Shown: positions 11,861-25,900 of the stretch, one piece after another
How the letters are laid out: each line of letters opens with the position of its first letter
Position numbering within the stretch: position 1 is the stretch's first letter
Origin: Phallusia mammillata
Taxonomy: Eukaryota
Assembly: GCA_965637545.1 (NCBI GenBank)
Contig: OZ281495.1
Coordinates: 19,654,001 to 19,718,000, forward strand
Length of the DNA: 64,000 bases
Direction of reading: 5' to 3'
The notes under the pieces: generated by a model
The model's input: only the letters and a program-made list of their open reading frames with translations
The model's database searches: none
What the model was told of the DNA's origin: nothing
Program-made: the position numbers and the translations under genes

Positions 11861-13971
11861 CAAAATGTGGCTAGAATCAAATACGAACTATGCTTGTAGT
11901 TAAGTAGATTTGGCAAGCAACGAAGCAAAATCACTTATTCTACCAGACCCAATGTTGTTTACTTGCTTTTGTTTTAACGCACGTGTACATAAACCGTTTT
12001 TCCAAAAGAATATTTTTTCATTTAACTCATGTACAAATTGACATTAGTTACAGTAAAAAGACTGAAAAAAATCTCAAGGCAATGAACATACTTTCGTTTA
12101 GGTTGTGTCTGAAGGTCACAGTGCGTCTATATTAGTACCAACACCTAATTATACAATCAACTAGATTGAGTTGCAAGCTTTCCTATGTTTTTAAAGTCAT
12201 TGTGGCATTTATCGGCGTCGCATATTTGTGCGGATTTGACACAAAACATGGCTTTTAACAAAGCACTAATTCAATGAGTGTGCGCTTGAAGTCTTTGTGT
12301 TTTCAATTTATGATTGGGTTGAATCGACGATCGTCCTAGTTTGAAAAACAGACGCTCGTAAACCGCCTGACCGCGCGGTATGAATCGCCCGAGATCGCTT
12401 GCGAACGCGCTCCATGTTTGTTTAATGAGCCCAGTTATCTCACTATAAGCTCCTTTTTATTGCTCCCCGCATCGCGCGCGGCTTCGCATTTATGTCGCCT
12501 TGACAACGTTCAATTTAAACAACAAAGAGGTCATAATTGTTTGGGATTCCAAAGCAGTATACGACCAAACTATTCCACTTGCGAGACATTTAACTGATGC
12601 TGGATACACAAGTCGACAAGCGAACTTGAGTGTCGTGGAATAGGAGTCAGCGAGATATTCGTTGAACCGCAGGCTGTGCCTAGTTGTTCCTCAGAAATGC
12701 ACCTTACAAACAACTCGGTTGTCAGTTGTAAGCTTTCTGAAATAGATAATCAAATAGATATAGATGGAGATATTTAAAATGCACAATCAGTTTGGATTTG
12801 AGAACGGACAAGTTAACTGTACCTTTACGATCAGTAAGTGGGATTGTCATTGCCAACTTGGGCGTGGGGTTGGTCGGCGAGTAGCAACAAGATGCGGTGA
12901 TAGTGCCCTCCTTGCCTAAGAATTTTGCTGTTTTTTGCAATTGTTGACTCGTTGAGCTATGTTTGAGTTAGGACAGATTGTGTGACTTTCGCTCGTCGTA
13001 AGTGAATGATGTGTAAAAGGTAACAATAGTTTAGGAAACAAAGTGCATGCCTTTATGAATGGTTATCGAGACCTCTATTGTATCGGTGGCCCCATAACCG
13101 ATTGTGGCTGTTTCTTGGACAACAATGGCTGTGGTTACGATTCGTTTCACTTCACAAAATATGGTTATGTTTAAACCTGCCGCCCTTTTCAGTTGCCTTC
13201 CGACTTCCGAGTTATCGCATAAGTCTAGTTGCAAACTGATGTTAACGACCATGTTTGATCAAAGCTGCGCTGGTTCGGGCATGTTCCTCATTTCGGTCAT
13301 TAAGTTCCAATGTTTCACTTTTCGAGTCAGCGATTGCGTCTGGTGGCAAACATCCCGAAGTCTTGTAAGTAGGACGGATAAGTACACTTTCACGTGGCGG
13401 ACAAATGAAAATGAGCGGCGCTTGTGGAATTTCAAATGAGTTCCAGCACGCATGACCCCGTAAACATCAGAGCAACGTGGGTCACTTCTGTTTCTGTATA
13501 GCGGCGTGTAAATAAAAGTGACTTCTTCCTCTTACCCCGCTCGCCTTTGTTTCTTGGTTGCGGCGTGCTCGCTCGCTCGCTACTCGACGTTTACTCACCC
13601 ATTCATCGCTGCTCTCATTCGGCGTTTTGAGTATTCCAATGTGTGGAACGAACATCTGTAATAACCAGCCGGCCTTTTTCACGCTGTGATTCCTATGCGG
13701 CTTGTTAGACAAAACTGTAGGTGACTGGTTCGCTGCCGTCTCACATTAACATAGCGAGATTCCGTTGTGAGAAGCGAAACGTATAGGTAAAATTAGTTTG
13801 TAAGTAGCTTGGTACAGAAAAAGCGTTTGTCTTCAAGATTTTGACGTAGGCGTAAAAAAGTGAACTTATTAGCCTACACAATGTAATCGTATGTATTCAT
13901 GTACGATGTTTGGCACTTGTAGGTTGTGTTTGTAAGTAGCAACCAGAGTAAACTGTTGGATATTTATCTAC

Positions 13972-16900
13972 ATGAGTCGCAGATATTCAAGAAACGGAAG
14001 AAGTTCAACTGATCGATCTAACGAAGTTCCTCTCGAGCAAGTCATACAAGTAAGTATGCTAACATTGTTAAAGTACAACTTACATAATCAAAATGGGCCA
14101 AGTTTACACATAATTTCAAATGTGGCTAAACGCACGGCCCAAATTTGGTTACTTATGGGACGGCAATAAAGCCCTGACCAAAATTTGCTTTTGATAACGT
14201 AGTTCAAACATGGTACCGCTAATAAAGACAACCATGCTGCATTACAATAAACTCGATGGTACTTAAATATTCCTAAGTAGACGCCCCTCTGGATCGGATT
14301 TAAAACATCATGTCTAGCAACCACGAACCAATTTTATCACAAATGTCCTTGAAACATATATTCGTTATTAGCAAAATCCTATAGGTTAGTTAGAAAATTA
14401 TGACGTTACATCGTGTTAACTAAATCCCCTTAGTTCCGCCCCCAGCAGTGAACAATGTATGTTCGGTTTTGTTGTGCAACACGCAGAACAATGTAACTGT
14501 TTTTACGAACACAGTTTGGGGCTGGGATTAAATTTCACTAATGTACTTTTACCGTCTGGAAACTTGGCGTGAGAATTTCTACGTGTATCGACAGAAATAT
14601 TAACAAAATGTCATAACAAAACCGAACCACAACTAATTGGCTTAAAGTGTTTTGGAAGAACATGGTAGATATCGGTTCAAAGTTGTGTAACAACGGCCTG
14701 CTACTGTGGCTAGCCGCGAGGACCTCTCTTTCTCTCCGGGTCGCAGCGTTTGTTTTAGTTTGAAAATTTCAAATCGGAACAACCGTTGATGGTCGTCGCC
14801 CGTTGCTCCGACTGAGCAAACAACGAGCGAGTACGTTCTTGCCCGTCTCGCGTTACTCCCGAACTTTTACTGTACACAGTAGAAGATGGTGTAGCGTTTT
14901 TTCGCCGGCGATTTAATACATTTGCGAATTACGCTGTTGCTAAAGACGCCTTTGCTTCAAGCTGCACCATACAGTTTCGTAGCGTATAAAAATGTTTTAA
15001 CAAAGTACGCGCAGTCGACTTCCACCTTTGCAAGTTTAAAAAAAATGGCCACATGACACTAATCAAACCCTCTGATATTTTCATCAAACATTTTTGTCTT
15101 GCAGTACTGCTACTAGGTATTGTTTTTGGGCAACAACCGTTTTGTTGCAAAATATCGTTTCCCGGGTGATACTCATACGTATTTGTAACTGAACAGTAGA
15201 TTTATGTGAACAGATATTTAATCAAGTTGATATCGGTACATTGGTGTAACCGAGTTTTCGCGGTGACAAATCAAATATGACCGGCTATTTGGTCACTATT
15301 GGAGATTGTTTGTTCTCTAACGGCCGAAAACAGACATCGCGTTGTGAAGCTCCCAGCGTGTAAAGACACGACCGCAATGCAAACTTAGCTTGTTGACCTG
15401 CAAACGATGACGCCTAAAACCTCCATTCCCATGGAATCACCGGCGCCCAAGAAGACTCGTAGTGTGTAGCGAGTCGTTATAGTCGGAATGTTGTATTTGG
15501 TCACGTGGGTAACCGACTTCAATGTTAGGTTTTGGCGGGAAGTTAATTATTACCTACCAACAACAAACTGCATGTGTAAAAGTGTGTACTTGATGTCTGT
15601 CACGATGGCAAGGGTTTTACCACCTGCACATTTAAAGTGGTTGGTTTAGGTTGAAGTTTTAAACAAACTTTTCAAAAACCAATAAAAAATGTAGTTTTTG
15701 ATCTTTGGCCACATTATAATAAAATGTAATGATATATTAAGTATTTTCCAGTCATGAAATGAACAAAAAAAAAACAATCCTGACAGGCGTTGAACGGGTT
15801 TTCGAACCAGCTGCGTGCAGTCAGTCGAGACATTGTTTGAACACTTCTGTTTAGCGTTGGGATCGTAAAAAACGCGAGTGATTGCATGATAACTTCTCTT
15901 CTGGCCGAAAAACCCTAATATTTGGGTCTCAGCCTTTATTCTGTTTAAGCCTTGTTGTATGTGATAGTAAATGGCTTATATCCTGCTTAAGGGATAAACG
16001 AACAAACAAACAACCTTAAACCACACACTTGCCGGACAAAGTCTTTGTGTTTTGATCTCAACCATTTCACGCATTCGTCTCTTTCGGTACAGTAACGCGT
16101 TCTTTTGCGTGCCCTTGTTTACGCAAAGCGTCACACAAGGAGGGCAAGGAAGAAAAAGCGCGGGCACCAATTAAAAAACTAGCCATTTTAATGTTCCGGT
16201 CAATCTTGGTTTTTCTGCAAAACAACAAAAGATAAAAACACAAGATTTTGAAGTCAAACTTACCAGCACAACGCAAATGGGCAGCTCCAATTGTCAGTCA
16301 AACCAGCTATTTATAACTTACTTACTAACTGCTAATGAAAACAACCTTGTTTAAATTAAAGTCCTTGCCTGAGCGCGTAGATACATATCACACCTGTCGA
16401 CAGCAAACACGCACGTATCACGAGGTAAGATATAAACTATGTATGCAACACCGACATCCACAGAAAGCAGGCAATTTACGTAATCCAATGGAACACTAAT
16501 TGTCCTAACGGCTGTTGCGTCACAGGACAATTGTTACGTTTACTTGGCAAATTTAAATTCACACCGGTTGGTAAAAACGACGTAACAAGTACTATTCACT
16601 AAGTTTCATTACGAACATCGTTTTGGTGCAACGTACACAATATTTGTTAACTTACCAGACTGAGGCGAAATATTTTTAACCACACACGACATTACAACAC
16701 AGCAATTTAAATGTCGATGCTCTTTGTTGCTATTTAGTGGTGTAGTTTGTTTTTCTTCTTAATTAAATCATGGCTTTTTTGCTGACACGATCAATATTTC
16801 GTAATTAGATAATACTCTGTTAAAAAAACGTCGCAACCAACACAAATAACTTTGCTCGTCACTGGGCAAACTTAGGTTTCTTATTTCGGCGAATAATTTT

Positions 16901-19900
16901 TTTTTTTCAATCGGCGGAACTACAGATTTTTGTAGAGAGATGCAAAATTTGACCATCAGTTTTTTTCTAACATCATATATTGTCATGCTGTTATATGTTT
17001 GCAGAACGTGGAAGATACTGTGCTCCGCAACGAACGCGAAGGTTCAGGGGCGTGGTCGATTGGAGCAAGAGTGAGGGAGATCATAACCGAAAATCTCCGA
17101 GAACCAGACAGAAGTAGGCACAGCGACCAAGAAGAAACAATGGCAAAATCAATGCAGGTAATACTGGAACACTCTCCAGCACTACAAGTAAACTAATCCA
17201 TGTTCGAGTTCATAATGTCTGTATTTGATCATGCCAATTAAATTGTTGACATGCGTTTTCATATGTTGGCTTACATATAATTGATTGTTGTAGGAAGAAA
17301 ATCGGATGTTGCAGTCGGAGTTAAGCAGAGTAGAAGATCTGTTGGCTCAATCCCGAGCGGACAGAGATGAAATTGCGATCAAATATAACGCCGTCAGTGA
17401 AAGAGTAAGAATTTGTTAAAATTGTCTCATTTTTTATGTTTTATTGTCACAGTCGTACTCACATAGTCAAAATTGTGTAATGGTTTGCATCAACAACGCT
17501 GTTGATTCAGATGTTTTTCTCCATAACTGAGAAATTGACTGTTCTTCTAGACAGCTTGTGTTTCGTGTAACAATGTAATATTATCCACTAGGTGCCAGTC
17601 ATACCCTAAATTTGCTATGTGTGCTCTAATAGAAACCTTTCGAAAGCTTGAGTGTTCTAGCTAAGCCATTCGGCGACAATTTTGTATCATTCCGAACATT
17701 AGGTAAAAAGTGTCGTCTCATTGTCTTGTTTTGTCAGATTTCATTTTCAATTTACTGCTAATAGATCAGGTCAAGAACGTGTGTATAATTTGCAGCTAAG
17801 AATTTAGACTCCATTGTATGCAATACTAAAGTTGTTTGTATCAAAATAGTAATATTTATCGTATTGTTTATTTCCTTGCTTAGTCTAATGTGGTGGTGTT
17901 TCCACTTACAAACGTCCCCACAAACATCACATTGATATAGTAGAGTGCGTGGCGGGTTTGCAAATTGTATTGGTTACTCAAATAGTTCTAACGTTTTGCT
18001 CTTCAAACGTCCTTGTTGCGCCACTAGCGCCGTCCTTTAGTGTCAAGTAGGCTCTATAGAGGTAAAGGGATTTCATCCAATCAGAACACGCCGTGGTCTG
18101 CGAGATAGCGTCCCTGCCGGTGTCCAGTTACACATTCACCCTGCCCACTGTTGCACTTGTGTGGCATAATCACAAACAAGCCAAAAAGCTTTGTTACAAA
18201 TTTGATTTGGAGATTCAATAGTTTTTTTGTTTTTTTTTATAAATATCAGTACTATTGTTCTTTACAATTTTAGAAATCTTTTGATAAATCATTGACAGAT
18301 TTTTATGGTTTCTACAGTGTAGAGGCGAGGACTCGGTCCAAGCCCTACTAATAGGTCTGGTATACAGTATTTGACAAATTGTAGCATGTGGATAAAGTAC
18401 GTGCAGGTGCCATGAAGCTGGGTACCTGCTAATTTATTGGAAATATAAAAGAAAGATAATGGACTGGGATTTACGAGTCGGTGGCTTATAGCATAAGAGA
18501 GGGAGTAAGGTTGCCCTTTTTCGTCACGCGTGTTTGCTTCGATTGATTCGATTACAAGGTATTGGTGAACACGCGTCAAGTGAAATACTTCGGATATTGA
18601 GTAACAAAGCCTTTACTGATTAGGCATTTCACTGTCTTTCAGTTACGCCACTCACTTGCGGTTAGTGGCATGTGGGAAGCTCATCAATGTCAGCACGGTT
18701 GGTCTCTGTGTGTTTAGACAGTTTGACAGGGCACAACCATTATGCCGATTTGCTCTTGATTACATAATACACAAACGATTAATCAACTGCATAGTATCGC
18801 GTGCACGAGTTTGGTGAACAGTTTAGACTTTAGAGGTTGATAGATGTCAGTCAGTTGTAGTGAGTAATTTTACTTCGTACAGAACATTAGATCCAGTGTT
18901 TAGAGTTAAGACGAGCGGCGATTGCCCATAGCAACCACAGTACAGGAGAATTCGTTTTCTCTTAGCCGCATTTGACGCACGTAACCTAAAAAAATATTTA
19001 ACACACTTTTTTCTAGTGGCAAACTTTATGTCAATTTCCTTTCTATATTTTGGTCAAAACATGGCAACCAGAAAAATCTGAGATACTGAAATGTTTTGTT
19101 TTATCTACTGATTTAAGGTTGTGGTATAAACGGTAGGTTAGCAAGGATATTAGTGGTGTCGTAATGTCGTCAAACACTAGCACCGAAGAAGAAGAAAGTC
19201 CTCCTGAGTCTGTGCGCTCAAGGGTCGACCGTGTAAGTTTTAATTGAGACAAATGACACATTTCTTTTTCACTATGAATCAAAATTTAATACACATATTT
19301 TAACCACATGCGCTTGATTTGCTGTGATTTGGGAACATATGGCCTTAAACTAACCACAACGTTTTTTGATTTGTTACCAGCTGGAGCAAGCCTTGAAATT
19401 AGAAAAGGGTGAACGGGACAAAGGAGTAATGGAGAATAAGACTCTGCAAATGGAGGTGAATATTGCCTGCAGTGTAAAGCTAACATTTAAATTACGCATG
19501 TTTACACATTGACAATATGGTGCGGTCGATCGGTTTGTGCCGCTTAAACGGCTGGCCCAGAAAATCCGATTTTTGTCACGTAACACAATACCTACCAAGA
19601 ACAATTTGGGTGGTGGACTAGCGAGAAATCAGCCAAACTGGCCTTTTGGACAAGCAACATATCCTTAGAGTTTGTTTTTATTTTCTGTTTCGTGAAAATG
19701 GCATACGACGCGCTTCGTGATCGAACTGAGGTAGTTGTTGAAAAAAACTGCAATAATTCTAGATATCCAAAGTTTGCTTACGTTGTATATATTTGTAGAA
19801 CGCTCGACTTCGCCAGAAATTGGATGAAGAACAAGCTTCTTACAAAAGAAAACTACAAGCATACCAAGAAGGACAACAGCGCCAAGCTCAACTTGTTCAG

Positions 19901-22900
19901 AAACTCCAGAGCAAGGTATGGTCAAAAACTCTTTAATTATACACTGGAGTTATATTTGTTATATTTAACACTGGGAAGTTTCAAAATGCCACGCAAGGTT
20001 GAAGCATTCAGCCATTCAGATATTTATTCGTTTGGATTCTTCACGGTTGTTTAGTTATCAAAGTATTCCACTTACGGTTACGGCGGTGGCGATTCCGTTT
20101 CTTTAGCGTTGTTTCGGTAAGTCATTGTGCTCTGTCAGCTTGAAAATGTGGTTGCTACCGACAACAGCGTGTGTCCGCTTTTGTTCACTTGAATTCTAAA
20201 CCCGCTCTGGCGTGAGGGAAACAATAATTTGTTGGTTAGGGTTGTGTGTCAGTTTCTTTTTGTTCACCTCATTTAAAGGTTTTCCCTTTGTGCAACCTTT
20301 AAGTTAGAACAAACGGTTATGTGTTGATGAATCAATTATTTTCAAGTCACTCTGAGCGCATTTAAGTTCAAACTGCATGATTGCGTTTTTGTACTACAAC
20401 AGGTTAATGGATTAGCCGCTGTATTTGTTGCATTTTACTCAACCGGTATAGACCAAACGAAACTCATATTGGTTATTAAATTTCACGTCTTTGTCAAGCC
20501 CTTTTGTAATCAACAACGTATGTTTGGAGGTCGGTTTAAATGCCTCACCCTTGAACGCCGCCCGTCTGGCAATCACCTTCTAATCAAACACTAGGGACCG
20601 AGCGACGTAACATAGTGATCCCCTTTTCCCTCAATGTAGCCCAGCTCGATTCTTTGTTGTTTTTTTCGCGCGATTCATAACACTATCGCGGGAGTGTGCC
20701 CTAGCAATTCTGAAGGACGCCGGCATAGAATTGTGAGCCCACAAATATTACCCACTGCGCGTGATGGAAGCGGATACTTGTAGAGTTGTTATGGAATCAG
20801 TGTCAGAGTTGAAAGCCGGTAGTTCTGTGTTTTGTTGAGCAAACACATCTACTCGTGTATGCGTGTGTTTTGTATATGTATAGGTGAGGGTAACAAGACA
20901 CGGTGTTGCAATATAGAATGTTTAAAGCCATGTTTTTAAATAATATCTGAGATGAACACTTCCGTTGGTGATTGCAGAACCTTTCAGAGATTGTGAAATT
21001 TGATTGTTTTTGTAATGAGTGATAAAAAAGAGTTGGAAGGCCTGAAGGCGCAGGTATACAAATGCTAGTTTGTTGTAGCGGACATTTAATTGTGTAGCAT
21101 TATTTTTTGTAACCTAATTGACTTTATATGCAGGTTCTCCAATACAAGAAAAAATGTGGCGAGCTCGAAGAGGAAGTTGCTTTGCTCAGGTCGGAGTCCG
21201 ACAGATCACGAATGGAGGTAATTCTTAACAAGTCATGAGTGTATGGTATTTTGGTGTTTTCAATCTCGATTTCAAGTTGCTAGAATATAGAGATAAGGGA
21301 TTTTGGTTTTGCAAATTACTATTTGCTAGTTTGCCTCATTTGTTCTAGCTTTCGGAAACGACTGACACTCTAAAGAACCGTTTGGATTCAACGGAAGCGC
21401 GTCTTCGCCGCACCGAGGAATCCCACACCACTGACCTTGAGGATGCGCTTATCAAGTTAGAGGAGGAAAAACAAAAGTACGTTTTTTTAACAAACCATAT
21501 AACTTATGTTATAATCTGTAAAGTAAAAACATTCGAGTTGAACTGCCAAAATGCTTCTAAAATAAGTGTGCAAACACTTCTGCAAAGCCAAAATAATGGC
21601 ACAAATACTATCAAGTTAATTACTAAAGTTCTTAAAGGTAGTCGATTATTAGTCTGTTGCGGATAAATTTCAAGCACAAAACGAAATTCTTGTGACGTCG
21701 TGCCTCCCGTCATACCCACCAAGCGCAATGTTTTCTTAGCAATTGTATCGGAACGATCCTGGCCAATCAGAACGCGAGTCTGCGCGTCTTGTGGTGCCTT
21801 TGACTACACCGGCGTTCTCTCGCTGAATTCGAATAACAAAACGTACCTCCTGGAATTTGGCTAAAAGGAACTGACTTAAAGTCAAAAGTTTTTTATATTC
21901 ACGCTTTGACACGATGTTGGTCTTTGGCAAACGCTTTAGTCTGTGCCGTTTATGTTTGCTTTCAACCGCCTTTCATTGAACCGGTTAGCGAATTGTAAAA
22001 CGTCACGCCGTCATTGACCGGCGTCCATACAACTCGCTACTTTTGAATTTCCGATGTTTGCATTTCAACCGTACGCGTGGACAAATAACCCAGAGCGTAT
22101 TTTCGCACTATTTTAACCACATACGCCCTGACAAAATATAAAACAACTGAAGGTGTATCTGAAGTGTTTTAATTAATTGCACCAATTTAATACCAATTAA
22201 TTTAAAGATGCGAAAGTTTGACCGAAATCAACTCTATGCTCCGGGATCAACTTGCACAAGCCAACCAATCCAATGGTGAACTTACTGACGACCTTCGTGC
22301 TGTCACTGAAGACTGGAACGACGTCAAGGAAGAGCTGCGACGTAAGGAAACCGAGTGGAAGGAAGAGCAAGAGGTATAATGTCAATCACTTCGTAATATT
22401 ACCAGACCCTTAGGGTGACGCTCTTTCACGTATCCGCCATCAGTGACAACAAACACGCGTCAATCAACCAACAAAAACAAACTTACTTATAATTAATCAT
22501 GTTTTATCGCAATTCCACGGTCTTACGTACACGAATAAATTAGTTTACTAAGGAACTGATTGTAGTCTCGGGCATACGCAATAATGGGACAAAAATCTTT
22601 GATCGTTTTTCTACAATGCGTTCCTAACATTTGATTTTGAACAATGAATGTATTGTCATTTATTGATTTTTGTGCTGCTTTTCCTTCCAGAATTTCAGCT
22701 CCTATTTCGGTGACGAGCACAGTCGATTGTTGGCTCTGTGGCGTGCCGTTGTTCAAATTCGCCGTGGTTTCAACGATCTCAAATCGAACACACAGCGTGA
22801 TCTCGAGCAGGCGGCCAATAATGTCCAGGTATAATAAGTTTCTTGTTTAATATCTTTTGTTTTCACAATGCGAAATGTTGCGGGTTTTTGTTAGTCGCCT

Positions 22901-25900
22901 CAAGTCTTGTTTGTCGCACAATCGGTATGTTGTTTGCCTAAGATATATCACGCTGTAGACAAAGTGGGATTTTTCAAGTGTGCTTATTGTTTTTTATTAT
23001 TCCAGCGTGGTGCTAGGGAGCTGCATGCGGCGTGTCTCAACTTGAACTCCAACCAAAGTGTGCAGGACACATCCGCAAAGGTGTCGCTAGAGCGCGAGAA
23101 GACCGAACGCGGCGACATCGAAGGACAATTGCGCAACAAGGTGCGTTTTGTAATTCATGGGAAAGTATGTCCGATACGTAAAAAGTTGTGCCTGGCTCAA
23201 TGATGGTGCAGATTAAAAAACACAAAAAAAGTTGTAGTTTGCCCGCATCGTTGATGTTGCTTTCGTGTTGACCCGAAAAAAAGCGTGTATCTGAGAATAG
23301 AATGTTTTGCAGGTTAAGGAAATGCTTCAGATGCAGTCTGACTTCGACTCCGAAAAAGCGCGGTTGAATGCTCGCATCAACGAACTCACGGTGGCTTATG
23401 ATCGAGCCAAGTCTCAGCTCAGCGACAAGGACCGAACCATCAACGATTTAAGCTCTTCGGCAAGACCTCTGGTAAGTTATTGTGCCTAACTTCTAACAGC
23501 TTGACATATTTGTACTGACATTGCAAGAAAATGTCCTTGATGCCCTGCTTTAATTCCGTTTTTTGTTGTACAGGAAAGTACACGTGTTGATGGCGGCGTG
23601 GAAGATGAGGAGGCTGCTGCAACCGTGGCTGAAGAGAAACGGGCATTGGAGCAAGCTCTGCGTGATATTGCCCAGTCAGTAATTGCCGACGCTGACCTTG
23701 CGATGGCATTATCTGATAGTCCAAGAGCATCAGCCGTACAAGAGCTAACCGAATCCATGGCTGATCTCGGCATCGGTTCCTCGCCAAGGTAATAAGCACG
23801 TAACGCCCAAGGAACGTGTGTGTGCATATTCATAATTCCAAACGTAGGTGGTAAATCGGGCCAGTTACGTTGGTTTAATGGAGTGGAAAAGCCGTTTGAA
23901 ATATTTATCATGCGTGTATTTTTCTCGGATTAGCCAACCAGGTGTTTAGTCCTGGAGGAGGTGGTTATGAATTTAGGAACAATTGTTGTGTAAGAAAGTC
24001 ATTGAGAGTTAAGTTTACTTGTTTTCATCACAGTTACCAGAAACAAATATTGATAACTTCACACGTTTTTTGCCAGACCTGTGCATTCCATAGTTAAGGT
24101 CGTTAAGCCTCCTCGCCGCAGCGGCTCTTATGGCATATTTGCTAAACTCTAAACTGGCCCAAATCTACGCGAAGTATGTCCAAAGGCACTTATGCCTCTT
24201 CACTCGGTGGTTTTATTGTTTGGTTCGTTAGAGAGTCCCTCTTTTTGCCAGGACGCTTGTCCTTCAGTTAACCAAGCTTGATAGTGACTTTTTGCAGCAA
24301 GCGTTGTATATCGCAGTTCGGCGCAGAGTGAAGATTCTAAGAGGTTTTTGCTAAAGTTATATTGTTTCTTAGTTAAGCACGGTGACTTTAGTAAAGTTCG
24401 GGTTTGTCTTCAGCAATATAAAAATAGTAACAGCTTTAGCGCGTAATGCACTCAACACCAAAAGTTGGAAAAGTAAGAGATTTGATAAGGCAGTATCAAG
24501 CAGCATCTGCCGAAAGAACTGGAAAAAAGATTTCGTTGGTTTCGCGTGCAAGTCCAAATTTTTCTGCAATCAGTTCTGATGACAGCGGGTTTTTGTCGCC
24601 TGGTCTGCAAGGTTCATTTGTCGAGGACAGTTCAGTGTTTTTGCATGGAGCTCATTTGAACGAAGAGTTGGCAGAAACTGACGATGTTGTGTCGCCTTTG
24701 CGCTCATACACATCTGCGCGGTCGAGAAGAACTAGCCCCGATAGTCACAAGCATGTGCGGTACAAAATATGCGTGGGAAAGAAAGTGAAATGCGATTACT
24801 GTAAAACAAACATAAGCAAGAAGACATACGACCACAGTAAATGCACATGTTCAGTCTCTCCTGCCACTTATCAAACCACTTTTGTGCGCGTTTGGCCGAA
24901 GGAGGCAAGGTGATAAAACTAAACAGCTCCATTATTTTTGCATGTTGTATTAGCAGTATTAAACTCTTGGTTTTTATGTTTTTGCAGGAGAAGTTATTCT
25001 CCACTCAGATCTCCATCCCCTGGACGTAGATCACCCCGCCGCGGAAGATCTCCAGGTATTAGAGGAGTCTCTCCGTCCTTTGCTGATTCAACATACAACG
25101 CGGTTCAGGCAGCCTTGCAAAAGAGGCAACTCCAAGTACAGGTATAAGCGCACGGTTGTTTGAGCCACGTACCATGCCATAACAATCTTTGTTTTAAAGG
25201 AACTACGTGCCAAGTTGGAAGCGGCTCGCGACGCAGCTTCGTCGCTGAAGAAACAAGCTGCGAACAACGACGCAGATAGAAAGACTTTGGAAGGAGAAGT
25301 TTTGGCTCTTAAGGAAGAACTAGATAACGCAACTCGAGCTAAAGATGAAGCTAAACGCGATGCCTACCGTTATAAATCAAGTGCTGACGTGGTTGGAAGG
25401 TAAGCTATAGATATATATACATAAAATGTTGTAATTTTATGCACATATATAATTAATGTGCATTCTTCAGTGAGAAGAACGAGATGGGTAAGGAGCGTCA
25501 AAGCCTTCAAGGTCGTATTGATGCTCTTGTTGCCGAAAAGGATAGACTGCAGGCCGCCAATGCAGAACTACAAAGACAGAGAGACAATGTTGAAGATGAA
25601 AAGGAGGATCTGCTAAAAGATCTTGCTCGGAAAGAGAAGGAACTACAGAGAGGGTATGTTGCAACGAAATGTTTCACCGAGGTTTCAATGTGTTTTAATT
25701 GAATTTTTGTGTTGATGCGCAGTATTTCGGCTGTGGACAACATGGATGATAAGCAGTCGTCCCTGCGAGAGCAACTTGTCACCACCAAGGAAGCTCTGAA
25801 TAGAGCCGTCTTGGACAAAGAGATTATGGAAGCTGAAAAGGCTGAAGTCGTCGAAGCATTGGCAAAGGTAAATAGCTTCAAGCAAAATTGTTAACTCGAA

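Noticed and set aside
15780-15870. GGTTCGAAA (tRNA B-box-like) on the minus strand
   Set aside because: No A-box or cloverleaf could be built; at most a decayed SINE.
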